Below are positions 24,607 to 33,773 of a stretch of 34,537 bases of DNA, piece by piece. This stretch comes from Methanobacteriota archaeon (GTDB taxonomy: Archaea; Thermoplasmatota; Thermoplasmata; RBG-16-68-12): positions 1-34,537 of the forward strand of contig VBLZ01000100.1 of the NCBI GenBank assembly GCA_005878515.1, written 5' to 3'. Below the pieces are notes generated by a model that saw only the letters and a program-made list of their open reading frames with translations, was not told the origin of the DNA and made no database searches. The stretch's first letter is position 1, and each line of letters opens with the position of its first letter. A program made the position numbers and the translations under genes.

Positions 24607-25701
24607 TCAGCGGATGACGTCGACGCCGACGCGGGCCTTCTCCTCCGAGGGATCCCGTCGCCCGACAATCTGCTTCGACTTGACGCCGGTCGCGACGAGC
24701 ATGACGCGCAACGTGTGTTCGAGCGACGCGTCGACGGTCGCGCCCCAGATGATCCGCGCGGTCGGAGAGACCTTCGATTGGACGACCTCGGCAACGCGCT
24801 CCGCCTCGGAAATCGTCATGTCGTTCCCGCCCGTAACGTTGATCAGCACGCCGTGGGCGGTCGACACATCGACCTCGAGGAGCGGCGAGTTGATCGCCTC
24901 TTCGATTGCCTCGACGGCGCGGTTGTCACCGACGGCCTGGCTCTCGCCGAGGCCAATCATCGCGACCCCGCCGCCTTTCATGATCGTCTTCACGTCGTTG
25001 AAGTCGAGGTTCACGAGGCCGGGCTTCGTGATGATTTCCGTGAGTCCTTTGATCGACCGCATGAGGACCTCGTCCGCGAACTTGAACGCGAGGTTCAACG
25101 ACTGCCGCGGCACTAGGTCGAGCAGTTTGTCGTTCGGGATCGTGATCACCGTGTCGGCCGCGTCGCGGAGCCGCTCGAGCCCCCATTCCGCGCTCTCCAT
25201 CCGGAGCTTCCCTTCGCCCCGGAAAGGCAAGGTCACGACCGCGATCGTCAGCGCGCCCATCTCCTTCGCCAGCCGGGCGACGTAGCCGCAGCTGCCGGTG
25301 CCCGTCCCGCCACCCAGGCCGCACGTCACGAACACGATGTCCGCGCCTTGCACGATCGCGCGCAGCTCCTCTTCGGCCTCCCGCGCGGCTTCCTCGCCGA
25401 TCTGCGGCAGCGCGCCGGCCCCGAGGCCCTTCGTGATCCGACGGCCGAGCAGGACCTTCTTCGGGGAAGCGATATGGAGCAGGTGTTGCGCGTCCGTGTT
25501 GCATGCGTACAGCTCGGCCCCGACAATCCCCTCGTTGTAAACGCGGCCGATCGTGTTGCAGCCTCCACCACCGAGGCCGATGATCTTGATGTTCGTCCGC
25601 ATCTTGCTGAGCATCTCTTCGAGCTCGGCGTCGACCCGGCTGTCTTCAAATGCGGGGGCACTCCCTTCCCGGGCGAGAACGTCCTCTAACATCGAATTCA
25701 T
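24607..25701 (-). CDS. ftsZ: Cell division protein FtsZ (FtsZ1 type), upstream copy
   Basis: IGLGGGGCN, NTDAQHL, GLGGGTGTGS, NLDFND, RIIWGA; start ATG 25701 with AGGTG SD. Confidence 0.97.
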   Translation of the reverse strand: MNSMLEDVLAREGSAPAFEDSRVDAELEEMLSKMRTNIKIIGLGGGGCNTIGRVYNEGIVGAELYACNTDAQHLLHIASPKKVLLGRRITKGLGAGALPQIGEEAAREAEEELRAIVQGADIVFVTCGLGGGTGTGSCGYVARLAKEMGALTIAVVTLPFRGEGKLRMESAEWGLERLRDAADTVITIPNDKLLDLVPRQSLNLAFKFADEVLMRSIKGLTEIITKPGLVNLDFNDVKTIMKGGGVAMIGLGESQAVGDNRAVEAIEEAINSPLLEVDVSTAHGVLINVTGGNDMTISEAERVAEVVQSKVSPTARIIWGATVDASLEHTLRVMLVATGVKSKQIVGRRDPSEEKARVGVDVIR

Positions 25702-25766
25702 TGCAGCACCTGCAGAGCCTGCGAGTTCATCCCATCCCGCAAGATGGCCGCGTATCCGGCGGACGC

Positions 25767-25775
25767 TATTTAAAA
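25767..25775 (-). promoter_or_regulatory. TATA box for the upstream ftsZ
   Basis: Minus strand TTTTAAATA, about 65 nt upstream of the start. Confidence 0.6.
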
Positions 25776-25849
25776 GTTGTCGGACGAACGTCCGCCGCGT
25801 TGACAAACACGCGCGAATCGTCCTCGATTCGCGTGCCGATCCGCGTGCG

Positions 25850-27142
25850 TTACTCGGAGAGCGCGGCCTTCGATGCCTTGCGAACGGCGTCGACCGCTTC
25901 CGCCGGTGCGGCGACCATGACGACCCAGTCGACGACCTGACGGACCTGGAGCGCGCGGCCGAGCGGACTCACCTTCGAGAACGGTTTCACGTCGCCGTCG
26001 TCGAGGATGGGGACCTCCGTCTTTGCGATGCGAGGCTCGCTCAACAGTAATTCAGGAAGCGGGACATCGACGATGACCTGGCCCGGCTTCACGCCGGCCC
26101 GCCGCGCGATGCGGTCCTCCACGCGCCGGCGCTCGTCTGGATCTTTGAACGATGCGAGCACCGCCCGCGTGGCGTCGGTGAGATCGTCCCGGTCCGACGC
26201 GAGGACGCGCTTGTAGAGCTTGCGATATTTCAGCCGCAGCGCGATCTCCCGCTGGAGCGGCCCCTGATGGACGAGCCAGTTCAGGAGCTCATGGTCCACC
26301 ATCTTCTGGATGTCGGCGATCGGTGCGTCGGACCGTTCCACGGCGCGCGCGAGCATCTCCTCGGCGATGCGGACGGTCTTGTGGAAGTACACCGAGGAGT
26401 ACATCAGGCCCCGCGCAACGAGCATCCCCTCCAGGGCCGGAAGGCCCTTGCGATCCAGGGCGAGCTCGCCCCGGTGGGTCCGGAGCGTTTGCAGGAGGCG
26501 GGAGAAGTCGATCGTCCCGTGGGAGGCGCCCGTATAATGCGCGTCCCGCATGAGGTAGTCGATCTGGTCCGCATCCATCGGGCTATGGATGATCTGCGCG
26601 AGGTACCGTTTCAACTCCTTCCGGCCTCCGGGCACGAGCAGGCCAGCGCCCCTCTCCGAAGGCCCGCGGATTAGGTCGGCGACGGCCGCGGGATTCACCC
26701 CGTGCGCTTCGAGCACTTCGTGAATCCGCTTGACGTCCGGGAAGGCGCGCCGATCTTCCGGGGACACGTTGTCGTCGTGGCCCGTGATGATCCGCTGCGT
26801 CAGGTGCATGTGGTCCACCGCGAGCTCGCGGCTTAGGACGTGCTCCAAGGTATGGGAGAACGGACCGTGCCCGACGTCGTGGAGAAGGCCCGCCGCCTGG
26901 ACGAGCTTTCGTTCGTCGTCCGGCAGGCCGAGTGCGCGCGCCATCTCCCCCGCGACGTGGCCTACGCCGAGGCAATGCTCGACTCGAGAATGATTCGCCC
27001 CCGGGAACACGAGATACGTCAGGCCGAGCTGCCGAATCGAATTGAGTCGCTGCAGCTCGAGCGTTTCGAGGAGGTCGAGGGTGAGCGGATCGAGGCGGAT
27101 CGTCCCGTGGACTGTGTCCGTGATCGTCTTCAGATCCGCCAT
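25850..27142 (-). CDS. HD-domain phosphohydrolase (SAMHD1/dNTPase-like)
   Basis: QRLNSIRQLG..YLVFPGANHSRVEHCLG, LLHDVGHGPFSH, DADQIDYLMRD, MYSSVYFHK. Confidence 0.92.
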   Translation of the reverse strand: MADLKTITDTVHGTIRLDPLTLDLLETLELQRLNSIRQLGLTYLVFPGANHSRVEHCLGVGHVAGEMARALGLPDDERKLVQAAGLLHDVGHGPFSHTLEHVLSRELAVDHMHLTQRIITGHDDNVSPEDRRAFPDVKRIHEVLEAHGVNPAAVADLIRGPSERGAGLLVPGGRKELKRYLAQIIHSPMDADQIDYLMRDAHYTGASHGTIDFSRLLQTLRTHRGELALDRKGLPALEGMLVARGLMYSSVYFHKTVRIAEEMLARAVERSDAPIADIQKMVDHELLNWLVHQGPLQREIALRLKYRKLYKRVLASDRDDLTDATRAVLASFKDPDERRRVEDRIARRAGVKPGQVIVDVPLPELLLSEPRIAKTEVPILDDGDVKPFSKVSPLGRALQVRQVVDWVVMVAAPAEAVDAVRKASKAALSE

Positions 27143-27258
27143 CCGACGCGCCAGCCCATGCGTCCATATATAGATTCGGCGAGACCGTTCGATGCATCAT
27201 CTGCCGGATAGAGCGGCGATGAATCGTCGCGATCCGGAGCCTCGACTGAAACTCCGTC

Positions 27259-29817
27259 TTACGCTTTCGACAGTTGAGAGTAGTCAAGGCCCCTCAGCAT
27301 CGGGTTGAAGTAGTAGCCGCTGACCCATGCTCGCTCGACATGGAAACTCGTCGCCTGGAAGACCCACAGGTACGGCACGTCGTCGAGGACCGCGCGGGCC
27401 GTGAGGTCGAGGAATTCCAGCAGCCGTGTCGTCTCGTTCAACTCGCTCGCGGCGGCGTCGATGCGGGCATCGAGGGTTACGTTGCTATATCCAATCCACG
27501 TGGAATACGCGCTCCCGGTTCGAAGGAACGGCACAACGGAATCCAGCGGATCGGCGAAACGAGGCGCCCACGACAGGAGGGCGAGCGGGAGACCGCCGTC
27601 ATGCAACGCCCGATTATACACGGCCGAGTCGAGGGATCGGACGGCGACCAGGATGACACCCGGAGAACCTTCGCGCGCGTGCAGCGCCTCGAGGCCCTGG
27701 GCCAAGAGGCGGCACCCCTGTTCCTCGTACGCACTCCCCGCCCGGTAGTACAGCGTGAGGTTGAACCCCGACGTCCAGTACGGCGTCGCGTTCAGTTCGG
27801 TCGCGGCTCGAGCCAAATCGAAGGGGAAGAGGGGGATGCTCGCGTTGTATCCCGGAAGGCCGAGCGGGATCGGTCCGCGGGGTTGGAGTCCCGCATCGTG
27901 GGTCACGTTCACGAGGAAGGCGCTGTAATCGAATGCGTAGGTGAACGTCCTGCGAATGTGGACGTCCGCAAAGAAGGTCGCCAGCACCGTACTCGGATCC
28001 GGCGTCGCGGTGAGGTTGATCCTCTGGTTGTAGCCGAAAAACGACATGTCGAACGCGGGGCGGTCTTTCGCGATCCGCAAGGTCGGGGACTTCGGCGTCC
28101 CGTCCGCGTTCATCACGTCCCACTGGTGGTCCCGATCGATCGCGGCCGTATCCACGTCCCCGGCGAGGAGCAGGAACTTGCGGCTCACGACGTCGCGCAC
28201 CGGAAGGAGGTGGACGGCCGGGGCCTTGGCGGGGCCTCGCCAAGACTGATTGAACCGCGTCAGCACAATGGCTTGGTTCGGCGACCAAGTCGTCAGGGTG
28301 AACGGTCCGCTCCCGCAGTCCGCACCCCGAGCTAAGATGGAATTCGGGACGCCCCATCGGACGCTTCCGTTTTTTCCAACGCAGGCCTGTGACAGGATGG
28401 ATCCGACAGTCGAAGCGAGGATCGGCAGGAAGGCGGAATATGAGCGCAGGAGATGGAAGACGACGGTATAGTTCCCGGTTGGCTCGACCGTGGAGTTGCT
28501 CACAGCCCAGGCGGTCGAGACATTCAGCGCCGTCGTATCCCACGATGGTTCCGGTGGCAAGGCGGCGCTCATGTGCGCCGGGACCGCGGACCGCACCGGG
28601 AAGGTCACGTTGGCCCAGTCTCCGATCGTGCAGTTCTGCTTTCCCGCGACCGACGGATTGCAGTCCGCGTTCGTGAACGTGCTGATGCGATTGGTCATGA
28701 GACCTTCGAGGATCCGCGAAGGTCCGTCGGCCGGGTGGATGGCGAGCAGCCGCCGGAACGAGCTCGAGACATCCGTCGCCGTCATGTGCGTCTGATCGTG
28801 GAACATCACGTCGGTCCGCAGCTGGAAGGTGTAGTTCTTCCCGTCGGGCGACGTGCCGTTGTTGGCCATCGACGGCAAGTCTGTGGCGAGGCGAGGCACG
28901 AGCGAATCGACGCTTTCGATCCCGGACGGAACCGCGATGAGCGTTTCGTACACGTTCTGGAGGACCTCGCCGCCCGCGGAGTCGTTATCGATCGCGGACT
29001 CGAGCGAGTCCGGTTCCCGCGCGGTCGCCGCCGCGAAAATGTTGGGATACTTCACCTGGGCCAGCGGAGCGCCGGAGACAACGCGCACGGTGTAGCCCGC
29101 GGACTTCGCGAACGCCCCCGACGACAAGATCAATCGGACGAAGTAGGTCCCCGGCGAGGAGAACCGGTGTACCGTCTCACCGACCTCGAGGGCCGTGCCG
29201 GTCGTATTCGCGGTCCCGTCTCCCCACGAGTAGCTGAACGAGAACAAGGATGCGTTCTCGGCGGCGCTCACGACCGAGTACGCTCCGCCGCGGGAGACGT
29301 TCGATGCGTTGTTCCACGACCATACGTACGCCCATGAGGCATTTCCGCTGAACCGGATCTCGGAGCCGACCGTCGCGGCGGACCGGTTCGCCGTGAGCGC
29401 CGCGAGACCGTTCGCTCCGACGCACGTCACCGCGCAACCGGAGGGCGACGGCGGGCTTGCGGGGACCGTGCCGTCAGACGGAGCTGAGCGCACGTGAATG
29501 AACAGGAGCCGGTCATCGTTCGTCGCGATGCCACCCTTGCCGTCGCTCACGGTCAGGACCGCGGTGTACCAGCCGGGCACGGCATAGGCGTGGGGCTCCT
29601 GGGCCCCCGATCCGGTTCCGCCGTCGCCGAACTCCCAAAAGTAGCTCAGCGCATCGCCGTCGGGGTCGGTCGCGTGCGCGGTGAATGCGAGCTTCGTGGG
29701 AGACGCGCTCGCGATGGCAATGTCATCGCTCACCGAGACGTCGGTGATGGCCGGCGGGCGGTTGGGCTGACGAACCGCGATGGCGAATGCGGTGATCGTG
29801 ATCAGGGCCACGACCAC
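27259..29817 (-). CDS. ABC transporter substrate-binding protein (family 5, Opp/Dpp-like) fused to two N-terminal PKD domains
   Basis: N-terminal TM, PKD motifs DPDGDALSYFWEFGDG and YSWGDG, then QNVYETL, YTFQLR..VMFHD, GSGPF, DVHIRRTFTYAFDY, DVPYLW; true start uncertain. Confidence 0.85.
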   Translation of the reverse strand: MVVALITITAFAIAVRQPNRPPAITDVSVSDDIAIASASPTKLAFTAHATDPDGDALSYFWEFGDGGTGSGAQEPHAYAVPGWYTAVLTVSDGKGGIATNDDRLLFIHVRSAPSDGTVPASPPSPSGCAVTCVGANGLAALTANRSAATVGSEIRFSGNASWAYVWSWNNASNVSRGGAYSVVSAAENASLFSFSYSWGDGTANTTGTALEVGETVHRFSSPGTYFVRLILSSGAFAKSAGYTVRVVSGAPLAQVKYPNIFAAATAREPDSLESAIDNDSAGGEVLQNVYETLIAVPSGIESVDSLVPRLATDLPSMANNGTSPDGKNYTFQLRTDVMFHDQTHMTATDVSSSFRRLLAIHPADGPSRILEGLMTNRISTFTNADCNPSVAGKQNCTIGDWANVTFPVRSAVPAHMSAALPPEPSWDTTALNVSTAWAVSNSTVEPTGNYTVVFHLLRSYSAFLPILASTVGSILSQACVGKNGSVRWGVPNSILARGADCGSGPFTLTTWSPNQAIVLTRFNQSWRGPAKAPAVHLLPVRDVVSRKFLLLAGDVDTAAIDRDHQWDVMNADGTPKSPTLRIAKDRPAFDMSFFGYNQRINLTATPDPSTVLATFFADVHIRRTFTYAFDYSAFLVNVTHDAGLQPRGPIPLGLPGYNASIPLFPFDLARAATELNATPYWTSGFNLTLYYRAGSAYEEQGCRLLAQGLEALHAREGSPGVILVAVRSLDSAVYNRALHDGGLPLALLSWAPRFADPLDSVVPFLRTGSAYSTWIGYSNVTLDARIDAAASELNETTRLLEFLDLTARAVLDDVPYLWVFQATSFHVERAWVSGYYFNPMLRGLDYSQLSKA

Positions 29818-30126
29818 GACCGCGGTGATTCGACCCCAGGGCCAACGCGTGGGAGCTTCGGGCCCTGGGGGAACGGGAACGCGTCCTCCCTCCGCGTCCG
29901 TTTCGGGCTCCGTATAGGTTCCCTCCGGGCCGGAAGTCGTGGAAAGGGGGAGTCGACTCTAATAGTTTATCTGACGAAACTCGAACTCGGATGCGCGACC
30001 AAGTGCGATCGACACGCAATCCGGGAGACAGGGAGCGATTGCGCGCTCTTCGTCTCGCACCGGGCGCGCTTCAACGCCAGCGCTTCTCCAAAGTTTCAAT
30101 TACGCTGCGTCGGTTGGGCGGGCGAC

Positions 30127-30199
30127 GCCGGGGTGACAGAGCGGCTAATGTGACCGACTGCAGATCGGTTTCCAGAGGGTTCGACTCCCTCCCCCGGCA
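30127..30199 (+). tRNA. tRNA-Cys(GCA)
   Basis: GCCGGGG/CCCCGGC acceptor stem, ACA/TGT D stem, ACCGA-CTGCAGA-TCGGT anticodon arm, GAGGG-TTCGACT-CCCTC T arm; discriminator reads A. Confidence 0.93.
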
Positions 30200-30364
30200 T
30201 CTTCGCATCCCGCGGCTCCGGACCGTTCCGACTCGTCGCGAGACCGATTTCGTAAGCGGAGCAAACCGAATCTGTTCGGGAGGACATCAGAGGTAACCGA
30301 CCCGCGCACGTTCTTATAGCGACCATCCTTTTCATCGAGTGTCGGTGACGGAGTCGGCCTAGCA

Positions 30365-31735
30365 ATGCGGGTCTTCGAGAGCATCCTCGACACAATCGGG
30401 AACACGCCCTTGGTCAAACTGCCGAAGATCATGGCGGGCGTCCCTTGCCTCGCGCTGGCCAAGCTCGAGATGATGAATCCCGGCGGGAGCGTCAAAGACC
30501 GAATCGGGGAGAAGATGATCGAGGATGCGGAGGCGAAGGGGCTGTTGAAACCCGGGGGAACGATCATCGAGCCCACGAGCGGCAACACCGGCCTGGGCCT
30601 CGCGATGGTCGCCGCGATCAAAGGCTACCGCGCGGTCTTCACGATGCCGGACAAGATGAGTCGGGAGAAGATCGACCTCCTGAAGGCCCTCGGGGCTCGC
30701 GTCGTCGTGACGCCCACGGCGGTTCCGCCGGAGCACCCGGATTCCTACTACCGCGTCGCGGAACGGATCCACCGCGACACTCCAAACTCCATTCTGCCCA
30801 ACCAGTATGCGAATCAGGCGAACCCCCGAGCCCACTATGAGACGACGGGCCCGGAAATCTGGCGGGACACCGACGGGACCGTCACGCACTTCGTCTGCGG
30901 GATGGGGACCGGGGGCACGATTAGCGGCGTGGGCAAGTTCCTCAAGGAGAAGAATCCGAAAGTCCAGGTCATCGGGGTCGACCCGCTCGGATCGATCTTG
31001 AAGGATTTCTTCTACAAGAAGGAACCCATGAAGGCCCACACCTACAAGATCGAAGGAATCGGGGAGGACTTCGTGCCGGAGTCCACCTGGTTCGACACGA
31101 TTGACGAGATCGTCAAGGTGGGCGACAAGGAGGCGTACCTGATGACGCGCCGCCTCGCCCGGGAGGAAGGCGTCCTCGCGGGGAGTTCGAGCGGCGCCGC
31201 CGTCGTTGCGGCCCGGCGAATTGCCGAGACGCTCGACCGGGCCGACGTGATGGTCGTCCTCTTGCCCGACACCGGCGAGCGCTACCTCTCGAAGGCCCAC
31301 AACGAGGAGTGGCTGAAGGAGCAAGGCTACCTCGAGGAACCGGTCGCGCCCCTCATGACGATCCTCCGGGCGAAGGAGCGAACGATTCCCGGCGTCGTAA
31401 CGGTCGACATCGCGGCGAAGGTCCGTGAGGCCGCCGACATGATGCGCCAGTACAACGTGTCCCAGCTCCCCGTCATGGACACGGGCATCCTCGTCGGCAG
31501 CCTGCGGGAGGAGATCCTGATGAAGGCCCTCCTCCAGAACCCGAAGCTCTACGACGATTACGTCGCCAAGGTGATGGAGAAACCGTTCCCCATCGTCGAG
31601 CCGGGTGCGGACCTCGAGCAGGTCTACAAACTCCTGTTGCGCGGCAGTCCCGCCGTCGTCGTTGGCAAGGAGAACCGACTCGAGGGGATCATCACCCGCA
31701 TCGACGTCATCGAGTACCTCGCGGGCCGCGCGTAG
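30365..31735 (+). CDS. cbs: Cystathionine beta-synthase (PLP domain plus C-terminal CBS pair)
   Basis: IGNTPLVKL, NPGGSVKDRI, EPTSGNTG, GMGTGGT, YKIEGIGEDF, PDTGERYLSK, followed by a Bateman domain (VSQLPV...GIITRID). Confidence 0.92.
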   Translation: MRVFESILDTIGNTPLVKLPKIMAGVPCLALAKLEMMNPGGSVKDRIGEKMIEDAEAKGLLKPGGTIIEPTSGNTGLGLAMVAAIKGYRAVFTMPDKMSREKIDLLKALGARVVVTPTAVPPEHPDSYYRVAERIHRDTPNSILPNQYANQANPRAHYETTGPEIWRDTDGTVTHFVCGMGTGGTISGVGKFLKEKNPKVQVIGVDPLGSILKDFFYKKEPMKAHTYKIEGIGEDFVPESTWFDTIDEIVKVGDKEAYLMTRRLAREEGVLAGSSSGAAVVAARRIAETLDRADVMVVLLPDTGERYLSKAHNEEWLKEQGYLEEPVAPLMTILRAKERTIPGVVTVDIAAKVREAADMMRQYNVSQLPVMDTGILVGSLREEILMKALLQNPKLYDDYVAKVMEKPFPIVEPGADLEQVYKLLLRGSPAVVVGKENRLEGIITRIDVIEYLAGRA

Positions 31736-31780
31736 CAAGCCTATTTACGGAGGACCCGCGACTCCGTCCCCGGCGATTCG

Positions 31781-32905
31781 ATGCGTTTTGCCACGAAGGC
31801 CATCCACGTCGGGCAGGAACCGGATCCGCGGACCGGCGCGGTGACACCGCCGCTCTACCTGACCTCGACGTATTCCCGGAAGACACAGGACGAGTACGCG
31901 TACGCGCGCTCCTCGAACCCGACGCGCGAGGCGCTGCAAAAGAGCCTCGCGGGCCTCGAGGGGGCCAAGTATGCCCTCTCGTTCTCGAGCGGCATGGGGG
32001 CCATCACGACCTCCCTCACGCTACTCAAGAAGGGAGACCACGTCGTCGTGACGGACGACTGCTACGGCGGTGTCTACCGGATCTTCACGCGGATCATGAG
32101 CAACTACGGGATCGAATCGAGCTTCGTCGACCTGCGCGACCTCGTCGACGCGGAGGACGCCTTCCGGCCGGAGACTCGGATGCTGTGGACCGAATCGCCG
32201 ACGAACCCCTTGATGAAGGTCGTCGACCTCCGCGAGCTCGCGGTCATCGCGAAGGCGCACGATGCGATCAGCGTGTGCGACAACACGTTCGCGTCCCCGG
32301 CCCTGCAGAATCCGCTGGCCCTCGGGATCGACCTCGTCGTCCACAGCACGACGAAGTATCTGGGCGGCCATGCGGATCTCCTCGGCGGAGCCCTCGTGAT
32401 GGACCGAGACGACCTACACGAGAAGCTCAAGTTCTCCCAGAACGCGCTGGGCGCGATCCCGAGCGCCTTCGATTGTTGGCTCACGCTGCGCGGGATCAAG
32501 ACCCTCGCGGTCCGCATGGAAACGCACTGCGACAACGCGGAAGCGCTCGCGAAATTCTTGAAGGCCCACAAGGCGATCGCGAAGGTCCACTACCCCGGTC
32601 TCCCCGACGACCCCGGCCACGCCATCGCGAAGAAACAGATGCGCCGCTTCGGGGGCATGCTGAGCTTCGAAGCCCGCGATCCGTCTCGGATCGTCGAGCG
32701 GCTCAAACGCCTCGAGGTCATCGTGCCGGCGGAGAGCCTGGGCGGCGTAGAATCCCTCATCGAGCACCCGGCCTCGATGACCCACGCCAGCGTGCCGAAG
32801 GAACAGCGGGAGAAGCAGGGCATCACGGACGGCCTCGTACGCTTCTCGATCGGACTCGAGGACGTCCACGACCTAACGGAAGACCTCGAACGGGCGCTCG
32901 GCTGA
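31781..32905 (+). CDS. Cystathionine gamma-lyase/gamma-synthase family PLP enzyme
   Basis: FATKAIHVGQ, YARSSNPT, ESPTNP, DNTFASP, HSTTKYLGGH, AESLGGVESLIEHPASMTH; next to CBS, so probably the gamma-lyase. Confidence 0.92.
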   Translation: MRFATKAIHVGQEPDPRTGAVTPPLYLTSTYSRKTQDEYAYARSSNPTREALQKSLAGLEGAKYALSFSSGMGAITTSLTLLKKGDHVVVTDDCYGGVYRIFTRIMSNYGIESSFVDLRDLVDAEDAFRPETRMLWTESPTNPLMKVVDLRELAVIAKAHDAISVCDNTFASPALQNPLALGIDLVVHSTTKYLGGHADLLGGALVMDRDDLHEKLKFSQNALGAIPSAFDCWLTLRGIKTLAVRMETHCDNAEALAKFLKAHKAIAKVHYPGLPDDPGHAIAKKQMRRFGGMLSFEARDPSRIVERLKRLEVIVPAESLGGVESLIEHPASMTHASVPKEQREKQGITDGLVRFSIGLEDVHDLTEDLERALG

Positions 32906-33631
32906 GGCCCGGAGCGACCCAGGCTGCGTTGTCGCGATCGGCGCTTTCACGGTCGCCGATTGAGCGGTCATCCCGAAAGCGATTAGCCCGTAGCCGACCG
33001 CAGCGGCAGCAGGCAGCACCCCAAGTCCCAGGCTCCATGCTTGAACGAAGGCGCTGGCCCCGGGACTCTGGAGGATGATCACGGTCGTTGCAGCGGCGAC
33101 GGCGAAGAGGATGAGCGCTCCGAGGTCCGTGAGATATTGGAAAGGGGGTTCGAGGGAACGAGCGACGCGGCCAAAGATAATTCCATGGAGGGCAAGGGTC
33201 GGCACGAGCGACCAGCCGGCGAAGCGCATGATGGGCCAAGACACGATGAAGATCCACACGTCGGCCGAAGCGAGTGCATGGTACTGGAGCAGAAGAACGA
33301 CGACAGTGGCGACCGCCACGAGGAGGGAAAGCGAGAACGCCCGCCATGCAACGACGCCGTTGGAATCCGTAGGCTGCCGGGCCTGGAGGTCCCGCAACCC
33401 TGCCCAGAGGTTCGGCCAAGCCGAGACATAGGCGACCATCCCGATCCACGCGAGGAGAACGTCTCCGTAGATGAACTCGGAGCCTGGAAGGGAAACAGTC
33501 CATCGACCGACGGCGAGCGAGGACCCGAAGAGGGCGACGCTCGCGGCGAGTAGGAGCGCGGCTCGTTGGAGGGCGCGGGCCCAGGAGGGGCGAACCGCGG
33601 ACGCACGCCTCGAGAGAAAGGAATCCCGCAT
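32873..33631 (-). CDS. Hypothetical membrane protein (about 6 TM)
   Basis: Multiple hydrophobic segments; fills the gap between CGL and cysS; 33-nt convergent overlap with CGL. Confidence 0.65.
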   Translation of the reverse strand: MRDSFLSRRASAVRPSWARALQRAALLLAASVALFGSSLAVGRWTVSLPGSEFIYGDVLLAWIGMVAYVSAWPNLWAGLRDLQARQPTDSNGVVAWRAFSLSLLVAVATVVVLLLQYHALASADVWIFIVSWPIMRFAGWSLVPTLALHGIIFGRVARSLEPPFQYLTDLGALILFAVAAATTVIILQSPGASAFVQAWSLGLGVLPAAAAVGYGLIAFGMTAQSATVKAPIATTQPGSLRASAERPFEVFR

Positions 33632-33773
33632 GATCGTCCCAACATGGCGGACCGAGGGTCAATAAGACTTGCGCGTCAAATGTACCCACGACTTGACAAA
33701 CGGAGCATCCGACCGCGGTGGCGTCGTCGACCTTCAAGAACCTTAATACCCGACGCCTAGATGCGACCGCGCG

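Noticed and set aside
23357-25285. 642-aa plus-strand ORF antisense to both ftsZ genes
   Set aside because: Shadow frame produced by GC-rich codon bias (few antisense stops); no protein motifs.
30359-31738. 459-aa minus-strand ORF exactly mirroring CBS
   Set aside because: Codon-aligned antisense shadow, as for many other long ORFs in the track (e.g. 571..1983, 2260..3708, 8523..9788).
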